Source of the DNA: Geosiphon pyriformis uo1
Lineage: Eukaryota; Fungi; Glomeromycota
DNA length: 64,000 nt
Direction: 5' to 3'
NCBI GenBank assembly: GCA_016748015.1
Contig: JAAOMT010000543.1
Coordinates: forward strand, 1 to 64,000
In this document: in pieces, positions 12,104-25,900 of the stretch
Position numbering within the stretch: the first letter of the stretch is position 1
Layout of the letters: each line of letters opens with the position of its first letter
The notes under the pieces: model-generated
The model's input: the letters and a program-made list of their open reading frames with translations, nothing else
What the model was told of the DNA's origin: nothing
The model's database searches: none
Translations under genes and position numbers: made by a program

Positions 12104-13733
12104 TTATCTGCCAAGCCGATTTTGGCACCAATCTTCAATCTATTGAAATAAATTGATCAATTAAATCCTTTTAGTTTCAAAGATAAATTGCAAGAAAATT
12201 TTTTCTACCTGATTACATATAGTTTTTATTTTGTGAAAATGAGGATCTTTTTCATCATCGTTTTTCGCGTGAATTTTACGCATAAGATCAATTAGAATTC
12301 TCGCGACATTTTTCATATTGTTGGTTTCAAGCATGAGCTAAAAATATTTTTAATAAATTAATTGACCCTAATACGTTCAATGCGAATAAATGAATAGACT
12401 TCAAAAATTCATACCTGAACAGCCCTACCCTTTCGAATTTTGATCGTTCTTATAAAGGTCGCATGATTTTTGAAATTATATTCCAATTTGGCCATTGAAG
12501 CAACGAACGGTATAGCACACAGCTTAAAGACCTGTGGATTATGAACATGATCAAAATGAACCAAGAAATCCGGCACATTTCTCAAAGCATCGTATATCAT
12601 CTCAGAAAGACAGTAAACCGCATTGCACTGGTGTTCGGATAGTGTGAAATCGCTTATATTTTCCACATACTTTGACCATATTTCCTTTGGCCAATATTTT
12701 CTATTAGACATCAAGTCCTCATAAAAATCCCCAATTATGTTCACTTTTTGTAAAAATATTCCTATATTATCTGGGCTTTAGAAAACGAATAAACATAAAT
12801 GGCTCTCTCTTCTTCCAAAGTTGAAACGAGGGTAATTTAAGAAAGCTTACTTTTTGTTGTTGATAACCATTTCTAGATTCAACCATCCAGCTGCTAAAAA
12901 AATCTCGCCGATCCCTATTCCAACAAGACCAGCAACATAATGTCCATACGTCTCGTATTCTTTAATTGTATTTATTGCAAAGGTATTTTCAGCTGCTTTT
13001 TTTGCATAAATTATCATTCCTTTGGCCATCTTTTCAGTAATGTTGCCTATGATAGTTTTATACCTAAACTTTGCAAATTATTACTTTCAGAATAGATTTT
13101 AGAATCCCGAGAATTTCCAAGTTAAGAATATTTTACAAACTTTTTGTCAAGAATCAAAAATTCTTCAATTACTGCGTCAAATTCAACCAATAATTGGCGG
13201 TCTTTTTCATTCGGACCACCTGTAAATCCCAAGAGAGTGTAAACAGTTAGCTTTTGAATTCTTGAAGGAATGTCACGTCTCTGGAAAAAATATTAACTTG
13301 CTTTTGGTAAAATTCCATCCTGAATGAAAAATAGCCTCAGGAAATTTCGTCAATAAATCAATTTTTTCTTCAATAGGAAGTGTCATATCATCTTCAATTG
13401 TGTCCAATCCACGAAGAATCAGGTAAAAGATGCAAAGCTGGAAATTGGAATTTTCATTTACAATCAAGTAAGCGGTAGGTAAAAAGTATATCTCTAGATT
13501 GGTCGAAATTTATGGAGACTTACGGGATCATAGAGCTCTCCACCATAATCTTCAATTATAGCAGCATAAGAGCGTGAAAAGTTTTTCAAAAGGTGCAAAC
13601 ATCTAGATTGACTTTTCCTGGATTCTTTTGATTTTACCAGCAGAGGAAAAGTTCTGGGACGAAATATTAAATATTTTAAGAAGTTAAATGTTTCGATTGG
13701 ATGCGAAATCAGTTCGAATATAAGTGAAGCCAT
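12104..13733 (-). CDS. ERG9: Squalene synthase-like protein (farnesyl-diphosphate farnesyltransferase family), 7 exons, about 387 aa, divergent
   Basis: Exons 13733-13524, 13437-13302, 13219-13141, 13063-12851, 12775-12415, 12337-12209 and 12139-12104 join in frame; intron 2 has a GC donor. Motifs: SRSY, CIFYLILRGLDTIEDD, GPNEKDRQLL, YGHYVAGLVG, GIFLQKVNIIGDFYEDL, CAIP, KIRKG. Confidence 0.9.
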
Positions 13734-14260
13734 CTAAAGAAAATTAAATTATTTAAAATAATCTATTTGAAATTTTTAAATATTTTGGGCGAAATCTATG
13801 AATTTATATTGAGGAAAAACCCATGATTAGAATATTTAAATTTAGCTATGATTGACAACTTCCTCAATCAGTGAACAAATAGATTTGCATTGAGTTTTAT
13901 TTGTATAACAATAAGGAAATTATTTTCCATATATTTGTCACATAAATTGCATGTTTAAATCTGTAACTCTAAGGAATAATTGTAACCATGACCCAAAATT
14001 ATTATTCTTCAATTGAAGAATATATACGGTTTTCCTTTATATTATTCAATTTGAATAGCGGCTATTAACAGATTAAATATATTCCCACGTTTTAAAATTT
14101 ACTTCATCCCCAAAGGAATTATAATAGTATTTCCTTACGATTGTAAAATTTCAATATGTTAAATATATATTATAACTCAGTTCATCGAGATTTAAATTCA
14201 GTTTCTCAATATTTGTAGAATGACATATAAAAAACAGATACATGTAGATAGATAGATACG

Positions 14261-14266
14261 AAGAAA

Positions 14267-14311
<45 letters not shown>

Positions 14312-14313
14312 AG
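14261..14313. repeat. (AAAG)n microsatellite
   Basis: Direct inspection. Confidence 0.9.
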
Positions 14314-16196
14314 AGAAAACCCATTTGCAGTTCTTGAATTTTCCAGGTGATTTACATTAGTTCTAAATATTCTTCACATTCATAAAAAATCATATCTAAA
14401 AACTTGACATTTTTTATAATACTTGCCTCAAGTTTGAGTAAAAAAAAAACACCATAAGAAGAATATTCATTACTTTGGTTATAAACTGGTGGTTGTTTTA
14501 TAAAATAGTTATGAGTTCTTTTATTTACATTTTTGCTGAGAAAATATCAACTTGATTTTTTATTCGCCTTATCTTTTTAAAAGTCAAGTTTTATTTATTG
14601 ATAACTTTGATATCAACGTTTCGGAACAATATCAATATATTAGAAGATAATTATCATAGTAAATTTTGATTGTGCAGAATTTTTTAAATTTATTTACCTT
14701 GGATTTTATCTCCCATTTTATTAATATTGTACTTTTTATAAATATTACAAAAGTTAAGTATTGTGCAAAATGTGTATTACCGATAATGAATATAAAAACT
14801 TGAAAAGAAAGATCTTTGTATTAATGCTTGAAAACAAATTGTAACTGTAATAAGCCAATTTAATGTAATTAGCAATTCAAATATAATTATTAATTTTAAA
14901 TTTAATATATTGAGGTAAATATTATAATATACTGTAAATAATCGAATTTTATCAATTTCAAACAAATTTTACTGACTTAGGTAAAATGATCAATTGTAAA
15001 TTTTAATTTTAATTCAATTTCTAAAAAATAATTTTTGATTGCAGATATTAACATATAATATAATATATTTTCAAGACTTCAAAAATTTTGTAAATTTTGA
15101 AATAATAACTTATAAAACTGAAATATTGGTTTTTTTTAGATAACACTTATTCTATTAATTAAGTATCTTCTTATTTTCTTGTTTAATTGAACACAATTTT
15201 GAAATCCATTTACTTGTAAATGTTTGATTATCAAATTGATGAAAAGAGAATCCATCATCTTTCACTTGAATGTTGAGTTTTTGGACTAGATTACTCATTC
15301 AGACACAAAACAAATACAAATTTCGAAACTTTTCATATGGCCACCGAAATGATTATTTGTTTTTACCTAAACATTACTACATGTAATTCCTTCTTACAGC
15401 GATGAGATCCGAGGACTCGTGATCAATAACAGATTAAAGATTTCATCAGGAGGTGTTCTTTGATCAGTAGTTATTTAGTTACTCTAGCAAGTAACAGATC
15501 GTGATGTCGATGTGATTAAGCTGTGAGAGGAATTGAAGATCATGTTAAATCAATGAATTGGCTGATCGCTGGTAATTTTCCTGAACTAACCAAAATGTTA
15601 AGACCAATAGGATGTAATAAATCGAAGGTTTTTCTATTTCATTTTAAATAATATATATGGTAATTATTCTGATCATATCTTGAATAAAGTTTCGATTTGA
15701 AAGAGCACAGTTTAAAATATATTGAAACAATATTTTTATGTTATATAATTCAAATGAAAATTATAAATTAATACTTTATCTAATCGTTGCTATATATATA
15801 TATACATATTTACACTACAATAATAAAATGTTTTTAGTTAGACATCTGTAATGACAAAATTTTCTTATAAACAGTCAATTATTGGGAACTAAATAAGAAA
15901 TTTAATAATATTATAATAAAAAAAAATCCATTCTGAATTTTTTTAAAATTATTCAAATATTCCATTTTTGCATGTTTAATCGTTTTTTTAACTTAATATC
16001 ATTCCATTGTCAAAAATTCATATTTAAAATAAAATTCAATATGTTGGAATTGGGAAATCAAATCAAATTAAATACAATATTAAATTTAAAAAAAAATTAA
16101 TATTCTTTTTTACATCAACAAAAAAATAAAGATTATTCAAACGTGATCATTTATAATTTGTTGAATCAATTTAACAGTTATGTTTAAAATTAACAG

Positions 16197-16465
16197 AATC
16201 TATAAAATATAAAACAAACCAATCATTTGTTTTTTGTTTTCAAAAATATGTACCACTTTTTTCAGTTTTATTGACATTATAATATTTAAAAAAGAGTTTT
16301 TAAATTTGTGCTTCAAATTAAAATTAACTATTTTTAGAAAATTTACTTCGTATGTTTAAGACGAAATTCTTTAAATAACTGATCTTTGAAAATTCTTCAT
16401 TTCATCATATGTAATAAGATAAATTAAAATTTTCGTTCATCATTTTCCTAATTTATATAAATGAT
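16197..16465 (+). repeat. Diverged direct repeat, copy A (upstream of the Kelch gene)
   Basis: 'aatctataaaatataaaacaaac.aatcatttgtttttt.ttttcaaaaata.gtacca' and the downstream blocks recur at 19801-20092. Confidence 0.8.
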
Positions 16466-16853
16466 CAGAATTTCATTATTAATAATAGTAAACCATGACC
16501 AATCATAAATGAACGTAGTGTTGTATCAGTTCTCTAAAAACTGGTTCTGTAACCGGTTCTATATTTTTAGCCAATAAAAAATTACATTACAATCATATGA
16601 TCAAAGTAGCTTGCGCCATAATTATCTTTATTATGACTATAAGGATTGTAATAATTTGTGTTCTAATTAGCTAATAAAATCGACATTTTTTCATATAACA
16701 GAACCGACTTTCAGAACTGGAAAATCGGTTCCATGGAACCGCACTGAGCTAGGCTTTGCCACTTGCGGTTCCAATAATAGTAAACCTAGCACATGTACAT
16801 AAATAAAAGCGCTGAAAGAATATGGTTTTGAATTTTTGAATACTATCATAACC

Positions 16854-18425
16854 ATGCCTTCACTTTTTAATTCACTAGTAATAGTATTTTTATCCTTTTC
16901 ATTCATAGACCTTGTCTCAAGTCAAGCTCCGGGCACAAGACATTCCCATTGTCTATTTGCATTTAATGACACATTATACATGTTTGGAGGAACAGTCGAC
17001 TGGGGTACCCAAGCAGCTACAAATTATTTTCACTCAGCGCAACTACCATTTAGCACTTTATCAACGCCATGGAAACCAGAAAATATAAATAATGTCACTC
17101 CGCTCCAGGACCCAGCATGTGTAGTTGAACCTTCTTTGGGATATGCTCTGGTTATTGGGGGTGGCAATCAATTAAACCTCCCAAATCCGGGGATCCAGAT
17201 TTATAATTTCAAAACAAAGGAGTGGAATGAGTCTGAATTAAAAAACACTTATTTTCCAACCTTTCCATCAGAATTAACAAAGCCTATATATCGACCCGCG
17301 GCTGTACTTTTGGCATCCAAGTTAATTTTTTATATATTTGAATTTGCAGAAACTGAAAAAGCAACAGGAAGTTATTTATTGGATCTTGGACAAACTCCTT
17401 GGAAATGGACTGCTATCAGTCGCAATGTATTGTAAAAATTTTTTTTTGTAAAATTTGAAATTAATAATCATAGTTAACTTCGTGAACTTTTTATAGAGTA
17501 CTCAGAAAATTATGAGTAGCCCCGGTCTAGCAAGCACAAAAGGAAATGCATTTATTTTTGGGGGTTGTGGGCCACCATCAAACGATTCCTATATCTACAA
17601 TCAAATCTATGGATATCTACCTACTCCTTATGCTCTTCCAGCTCCTATCGCTGATGCTGCTGTTGGTATTTTGAATGATCAATTAATGGTTATTGTTTTG
17701 GAGACCGGGTCACAAATTGAAAACCAACAAATGTTTATGATTCCTCTTGATTTAAAAACTATGAAATTGGGTATCCAAACAATTCCTACGGGTGTCCCTG
17801 CAAATACAAACAATACATTAATGAGAAATCGTGCCAATTATGTTCAGCTCCCTGGGTCTGACACCATTGTGGTGAATTTTCACAATCATATGTCATTGGT
17901 TTTTATAATTGCTATATTTAAATTTATCATTTAAATTCTAAAATCAGATATATGGAGGGGTTACTTCATGGCCAACGGGAAATACATCAAGTAGTATGAT
18001 AGCTTACAATATGACAACGAGAGCATGGACTACGAATGTGAGTATGGTGACAAATATTCCCTCAAATCAATACCAATTAGTCAAAGTAAACGGCTTGGAT
18101 CTCGAAAATGGCTTAAAATTTGGAAATAGTACAACATACGATGAACCAAAATCTTCGAACTTACCAACAGACCCAACAGACGCAAAAAAAAAGAATCACC
18201 TTCTAACTAGTACTATAATAGGAATCTCGATTGGGGTTATTGGAGGATTGGGCCTATTGGGAGGTATATCTGCCTATATTTTCTTATCATTAAAAAAGAA
18301 AAGATTACTAGCTGAAAAAAGGGAGTCTATGCATGCGAACAATGAGGTATTTCCTGGTCCATAATTGTAAAAGATTTATAAGTGGATACAAAAAAATAAT
18401 AATTTTATATCAGGTGGTCTTTTAG
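16854..18425 (+). CDS. Kelch/galactose-oxidase-like beta-propeller type I membrane protein
   Basis: ATG at 16854 with a signal-peptide-like N-terminus. Exons 16854-17426, 17497-17871, 17948-18346 and a possible last exon 18414-18425 (otherwise the stop is at 18364). Kelch hallmarks: RHSH..LYMFGG, LVIGG, FIFGG, IYGG, W at blade ends. TM segment 'IIGISIGVIGGLGLLGGISAYIFL' is followed by KKKR. Confidence 0.8.
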
Positions 18426-19800
18426 GGCGACGTGAGTCGCATAAACATACGGTAACTTTTTTTGAGATGAACCTCTCGATTATATTCTCATCCCGAAAAA
18501 ATTACGCTTGGGTTGCTTTATGAAATCTTGGAGTTTGTGAGTAGTTTCTAACTTTTCGCATAATAATTTTGATATCTATTCAAGGTTGAATAGTGAAGTC
18601 TATCGGTAAGAACAATTACATATTCCATTTCTCATGATTTGGCAGGTGTCGCTTTTCATTTCCTTCAATGTCTCAATGTTAGATTGTAGTTTTTATCTGC
18701 CAAGCTATTTTGCCACCAAACATTTATTTAACTCCGGCCTAATTCACAACGCTTATATTTCAGATGTATTTTTTGTAAAAATATTTATATATTCTTTGTG
18801 CTTTAAAAAATAAATATTTTGTTTTTTGTTAATATCATAAATTTTTATTATTAATATATTGTCTAAAAAATAATATTTTTAAAACTATTCAAATTTTTAA
18901 TTTTTAATTTTATAAATCATTGTTTTAATCATTTTAATTCTTTTCGCTACTTCAGAGATGCAGAATTAATTATCAAATTTCTAGTTTTTTCAAAAAAATA
19001 TGGATTCTTTTTGTTTATTAGGAAAAATCTCTAAAATGCTTTAAAATGTGAGCTTGTAACAATAATTAAAAATTCTTATAAATGAATCAGATTCCTTTTT
19101 TTTCAATACAAAATAAATGATTTTTCAAATATTAACATGTTCAAAATTAAAAATTGATCATTGCTATATTTTATTCAATCAGTTTCCTATAAAAATATTT
19201 TGAAAGAAAAATTTGATTCAAATTTGACTCATGACTCATGGGCAATTTATTATTTCATTTCTTTCATGGCTCAACTCCTGGTATGACGGATATGATGATG
19301 TGCAAGTAATTTCCTCAATGTAATATTTATTAATTATATTATTATTTGAGAAATAAAACAAAATTTCAACATATTTTACTATTTATTATATTTATGATTA
19401 TTGGGAAAATAATGGGAAAAGCATTCCTTATTAAACTTTATTAATATTATACCTTGCTTTTAAGCTTTCGAATAAGTATTTTATAGGTCATTTCGTGCAA
19501 TAATTGCAGAATTACAAAAAATTTTAATTTTTTTTCATATTAAATATTTATCTATTAGCTGTTTTATTCCTATCTTGACGAAACTCATCTACCGAGAGGC
19601 GACAGTGCATTGTGAATCTTTTCCCTATTTTCAATTTTATTTAAAGGCGAAACATATAATCTGATACACTAAAATTTAATTTTTGTTAAAAATAAAAAAT
19701 TGATGATTCAGACTTTATATTCAATGCTATTATATTATACTGCTAAGCTTTTCATACAATATCAAAATTTAAAAAATAAACAATTTCAAAAAATAAACAA

Positions 19801-20092
19801 AATCTATAAAATATAAAACAAACTAATCATTTGTTTTTTATTTTCAAAAATAAGTACCATTTTTTCAGTTTTATTTGGCATTTTAACATTTAATAAAAAA
19901 TTATTTTATTATTTCTTTAAGGAAAATTATTTCATAACTTTAAGCCGGAATTCTTTAAATTAACCAACCTTTGAAAATTCTCTGTTTCATACTATGCAGT
20001 AAAGGTAAATTAAAACTTTTTAAAAAATTTTGTTCGGGTTTTTTCAGTAAAATATTTACCATTATCATTTTCCTAATACATATATAATTATC
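19801..20092 (+). repeat. Diverged direct repeat, copy B (immediately upstream of the lipase-like gene)
   Basis: Matches 16197-16465 with a small insertion. Confidence 0.8.
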
Positions 20093-20119
20093 TTCAAATC
20101 GAAAAATTATTAAATATAA

Positions 20120-21793
20120 ATGATCGGGATTGTTGACATACTTTTATTTGTTACGATGATTCTCGTTTCAGACAATATTTATACTTCACAGAAACAAAGT
20201 TTAATAATCTCTTCTCAAATTAAAACTATTACTCTGAAAGCTTTCTGTCAATTTTTTCAAGAAAATTTGCCAATTTTGAAAGTAATGTTGTCTAAAAATT
20301 ATGAAGTTGTTTCAAAAACATTTTTAGTTATCACAATAATCTGGTTCTACTTTCTATTTCGTTATCTCCCCAAAAATCTTTACTCCCAATCTTCAAATTA
20401 CTACAACATTTCATCAATTACGAAGCTAAAATTGGATGATGCCTATAATCCACCTATTAAAATACGCATTCCATCTTTAAATTCTATCTCAAGTTGGAAT
20501 AAAGCACATCTATTAAAACGAATAAACCGGGGGTTTGGCAAAATAGAAAACACAGCTCCCCCGAAAATATTAGTCACTGATATAGCCTTGATTAATTTCT
20601 TAACAGAAATGGCTCGAGTAGCAAATATTCCCTATTGTTTTCCCCAAAATAACACAGAGGGTGAGTAATAGGCTGTTATGAATGAAATTTCAATTTTCGA
20701 AAGGAATTTTTCAAGCGTTTCAAAAGTGGCTGGTTTTTTTTAATATATTCCTGCTAAATTACAGGTGATGTATTCTTGGATGATAAAAAGGAATATATTA
20801 TTGGACATTTTAGAGGAAGGTGTTTTTAGTCCGTATTTTAAAATATTGATTCAAGGATTTTAATTCTTCATATTCTCTTCAATTAATAGGCCAAGAGATG
20901 ACAAGACTTCAATGGGAAAAACGTCAAAACATTCTTTATAAAAAGGAATCGGTAACTGGAGCACGACTGGACGGAAAACTTTGTCATTCAACTAATGATC
21001 CTACTACGCATTATGTTATTGAAAAAGTAATAACTTTAAGTCAAAAAGTATCTGGCTCAAAAATTAAACTAATTTTTACTGGACATGGAATTGGAGGAGG
21101 TAAAAAAATCATAATATTAAAGTTTCAAATATTTGTTTTATCGAGTTCATGTAAATATCTCTTGACAAATAAAATAATTTTGCTTAACTATTTCAAGCAT
21201 ATGCTTTAAACATGGCTTTATCCATATCGCTACTTCAAAAGAGGGGGATATTAAATAAATTTCAATTAAACCGAAAAATTGAGACTCAAGTTATTACGTT
21301 CGGTCAACCGCGTATGGGTAATAGTAAATTCGTTGAACTGGTTCAGAGACAAAATAATAATATAAAAATATACAGAGTGACCAATGGAAATGACTACGTC
21401 TCCCAATTGCCAAAAAAAAGTAAAGACGATATACAATATTGGCATACCGACACTGAATATTGGATTCCAGGTAGTGAAGATTGCGATTGTGGTTCAATTG
21501 GTGAGAAAAAAAAAGATGATGACCTGTATAGAGTTTATCAATGTCCTAGCTATTTTCCTAAAAGCCAGAAACGGTTTGGTGAGAATTTGGTAAGGATTTG
21601 AAATAGATTCTTTTCAGAATAAATATCATTTTTATCATCCAAAATGGGTGAGATTTCTCGCAAAAACCTAAAATTTAAATCTTAATTTCAGGAATGTAAT
21701 GCAGGAACAGATGGATCAAGCAATCTTGCACATTATGGTCCATGGTTTGGCACAACTTTTGGAAATTGTCAGAATTTCTTCCCAGTTAAATAA
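20120..21793 (+). CDS. Class 3 lipase-fold (Lipase_3) protein with nucleophile Ser replaced by Gly
   Basis: Exons 20120(or 20285)-20660, optional 20765-20815, 20890-21099, 21198-21589 and 21692-21793. Motifs: HFRG, LIFTGHGIGGAYA, ITFGQPRMGNSKF, RVTNGNDYVSQLP, YWH..TEYWI, AHYGPWFG. Confidence 0.8.
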
Positions 21794-22933
21794 CCAAAAT
21801 GAGGAACTTTTGATGTTTTTAACATTTAAGAGTCTTTTCTAGCTAAACTTTACACAATTGGGATGTTTTAGGTTTCTCTATTTTCCGAAATTAATTTTAA
21901 ATACTTATGTGGCACATTTCGATTTGATTTTTCAATTAATCCAATCAAAATAGGTTTTTCTGTAATACATATACCCCAACAATACTCTAAAAACATCTGC
22001 ATTCCTATTAAATGTATTAAAATGAAATTTCATTCATAATGATGGAAAAGATAAAGTATTCACCTTACTAATTTCCCAAATAATTACACTAACCTTAACT
22101 TGAGCCTCTCGACCAACACACCAATATACATATTGAAAATGACAACCACAGTTGACTCCGATCCAAACTTCGATTTCCGAGAGTCAAGTATTTTGATTTG
22201 GTTTTTTCCAAGGATTGTTTAGATACGTATTGACTGTTTTTTCTTCTTTACTTTTAACGTTTTTATTGATTCTATTAAAAACTGAATCCACAACATCAAG
22301 ATTGAAGTGAGTAACTGGATAAAGTCGAACTTTGGTAATCTATTTGCGTGGTTTTTAAAATCATTCTGTAAGTATCACGTTTTTAATTTCTTTAGTCATC
22401 TAGTAATTATACCTAAAAATATTTTAAATGTGTTTTAACTAATTGTTCTGTTGAAAGATCCGGTGCGAATAATCATAAATATTAATTGCATTATCATAAA
22501 TAATTATTAAGAATTTACAATTTTAAAACTAATTTATATACAACTTTGGATTTGAATTTTAATAAGTTATCAGACATTTAAAGAAATTTTACAGACAATT
22601 TTTATGAAATTTTATGCAAATCAAATAAATAAAAATAGTGTGCAATATTTGAAATATATTATTTGTGTTGAACAATATTAATTATATTTTGACGATGCAT
22701 TTTTGACAAAGTTTGTCCCAAATTTTTTGTTTTAATTTGAACTTATTATATGTAATTTTTTTAAATTTAACTTGCAAATTTCATATCCAATTATTATTTA
22801 ATTTAACTTCAAAACCCTAAATATTTTTTATTAAAATCCAGTATTTAATGACTCAACATGTAAATACACAAATATTAATCGATTTTTTAATTACAAATTA
22901 AAGAATAAATTTTTTTTTTAGTAATTATATAAA

Positions 22934-22975
<42 letters not shown>

Positions 22976-25900
22976 TATTTCAATGTAAGTTATTTGTTAT
23001 AAACCTTTGAGGGTAGATTTTTTATTTAGATTAAAAATAAATAGTAAGAAGATAGAAAATACATATGTAATATCTTTTTTTTTGGATTACCATGATTTAT
23101 GTAACAATACAATTTACATTCGAAATGTGCATTTAAAGAAATTTTTTTAATTATGCTTAAAAAAAAACGGTGTAATTCAACTGTTATTTAAATACATCCA
23201 ATATATACATGTTGAATAATAAATGCAGCTCATGCGCTTTCTACACGTGGCCAGTCACCTAAGGAATTTAGAATTTTGTTAATTATTTTTGGAAAATACT
23301 TTATGAGTTTTATATTAACCGAAATTGTCCATCGAAGTGAATTTCACGTTAGAATAATTATACACATATATATACTTGTTAAAAAGACCCAACAATTAGA
23401 TCAATAATTTTTTTAAATAGGAATATTATATATTAAAATAAGAAAATTATCCAAAAAATAATATGTTGATACTAAATATAAACTCAATAAATTAATAAAT
23501 AAAGAATCTAAATACAAACATAATTTACCAAATATCTGTAAAAAGTATTTTAATGTTTATAATAAAAATTCTGTGTGCTTTTCTTTCTTAAAAGTTAATA
23601 AATTAGTTCGTAAATAATATATGACAATAGCCAAATAGTCAGAATTTGAAAAGTTTTGTGATTTTTTGGCCTCTTTTTATTTTTCAATTGAAAATACATT
23701 GGTTATTTTCAAAAAGGAAAATATTATTCAGAATCTACCTTTTTAATTTTTGACATAGTATATAATTCCAAAGTGGTTGATTATTGACTTGAAATCATGA
23801 ACCATTTTATTAAGTTTCAATTAGTCTTTTGAACAATTAATTTAGAGTTTTGACAATCATATGATTTTTGAAAAAAATAACCAACACAAATGGGTATCAC
23901 CTTGATCTAATTTAAAACATTCAGTTTATTTTCAGATTCTATTTTTATCTTGAAATTTCCAAATATCAGATGGGTCACAATATGAAAATAATAACTTTTG
24001 AGTTTATAAGTTTGTACAAATTTCAACCCAATAAAGCTACAAAGTCTATGATTTTACGAGCGCTTGTGCATTGTATCATGAGAATGCAAGGATTTCCATC
24101 TTAATCTTTTCTTTAATAGTTCATCTCCTTACAATTTAATGCAATGGGAAAATTTCCAGAAGTTTCGAGGGTTCCAAACCTGTTCATCCAATAGGCGATT
24201 GATATTTATATAATATAAATTATAAAATAAAACAGGTTATGCATCCACCATGAGTTTTTTGTACAAGCTTTTTCGAACCGAGTCTTTTGTTGCGACTTTT
24301 TATGTGATTACTTATTTTGTGTTACACATAAAGAGAAGGGCGAAAATTTTTCCTACAAATATAATTGTCTCATTCTGCCATGTAACAGTGGTTAATTAAT
24401 GTTTCCTCAACCTTGCAATGTTTCAAATTACCAATCTAAGATAGATAAAATTCCTCATAACATTTCTCTTCATGATTGTATTTGGGAAGATCTTCGATTA
24501 CTTAAAGTATATAACGTAATAAAAATCATTGTTTATGCATATGAACCTTTCATCTGCCAATTAGTCTGCTTTCTTATCACTAAAAACAGGATGGAAATAA
24601 AAATACTTTACATAGTGTATACTTCATCAAAATTGTAGATCTGGCTAATAACAGAAATTTACAATTTCCATCCATTAAAAATATCTTCTTTGCTTGAAAC
24701 AAAAATCCAGCGCCAAAAATATGATTTTTTGAAGTGGTTGTTATATGCGAAAATCATGAAATCAATAGTTAATTTAAGATTTCAAATTACTGAATATGTA
24801 TTTTCAGTAAAGCACATGCAGAAAAAAATTGATCTTGCATAAGAAAAAAATTTAAACTTTGTAACCCTTTTTCCAAGAAAGATTTTAATTTCATTAGTAC
24901 GTCATCGAATTTAAATATCCCCTAGCTTGATCATATTAAAATGATATTTGTGCTACAGAAGTCTAATAAATTTTCGTCGTCTTTTTAGCTTTTAATGAAA
25001 CGTTTACCTTGCAGGAGTGTAGTGACTTTCGTTGCCTTTTTAGCCCTCAGTATAACTCATTCACTTCATAGAAAATTTTTTTGCAAATGCGATTTTCGAT
25101 CCCGTAATTATTTGTAATCTAAATGTCAGTTTAACATTTTTGGGAATCGGAAAATAAGCCTCATAATCAATCATTCTGATCCACAGATTTAAATATTGTC
25201 TATTTTCGTATTCTTAATGGAGTTAAATCATCTTTTATAAAAACAATTTTTTGATTATTTTGTAAAGTCTTTTTAAAATTTGGCTTCTTTAACTTTGAAT
25301 CAAAGTTAATGTTTTAATATTAAATAATATTTATGGAAATCTTTTAAGAAATAATTTAAAAATAAACAAAAAAATTTAAAAAGACATTTGAAAACAATTA
25401 CAAAAGTTCATCACAAATTAATAAACAAACTAATAATTAATTTTAAGTGCATTATTTGTATTTGTTTGTGAAATTCAAGAAAAATACTTTAGAATTTAAA
25501 TTTATCTTTTTCAAATTTTTCTGAATTACAGATTTCATAAAACGTATTGAGCGAATAACCCTTTTTAAACAATCTATCAAAAAAAGCAAGATTGATTCGC
25601 AAAAACTCGGGTACAAAAAAGATTTGGTTTCAATTAAGATCAAAATACTTTTAGGGAAAAGAGCATACTTAAAATAATCGGAAAAATTTACAGACATGCT
25701 CAATAGAATCCTTTTAGGAAATCTGATTGGCATTTAAATGCTATGGCCAAAATTTCGAGTGAAAATAAAATTAATAAGGGGTTTTCAATTTTTTTAAAGA
25801 TAATAAAATTTCTCCTCAACCATTTTTTCGTGCTAGCTTTGTAATCTCAAGAATTTTCGAAGGAATCGCTGGAATGATATTTAAAAGTTTTCACATTGTT

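Noticed and set aside
15270-15640. GATC-rich, GC-richer island resembling the solo LTR interior
   Set aside because: No matching termini or TSD could be found; unsupported.
22040-22480. Possible small spliced gene downstream of the lipase
   Set aside because: Exon-like pieces contain stops and give no consistent model or recognisable domain.
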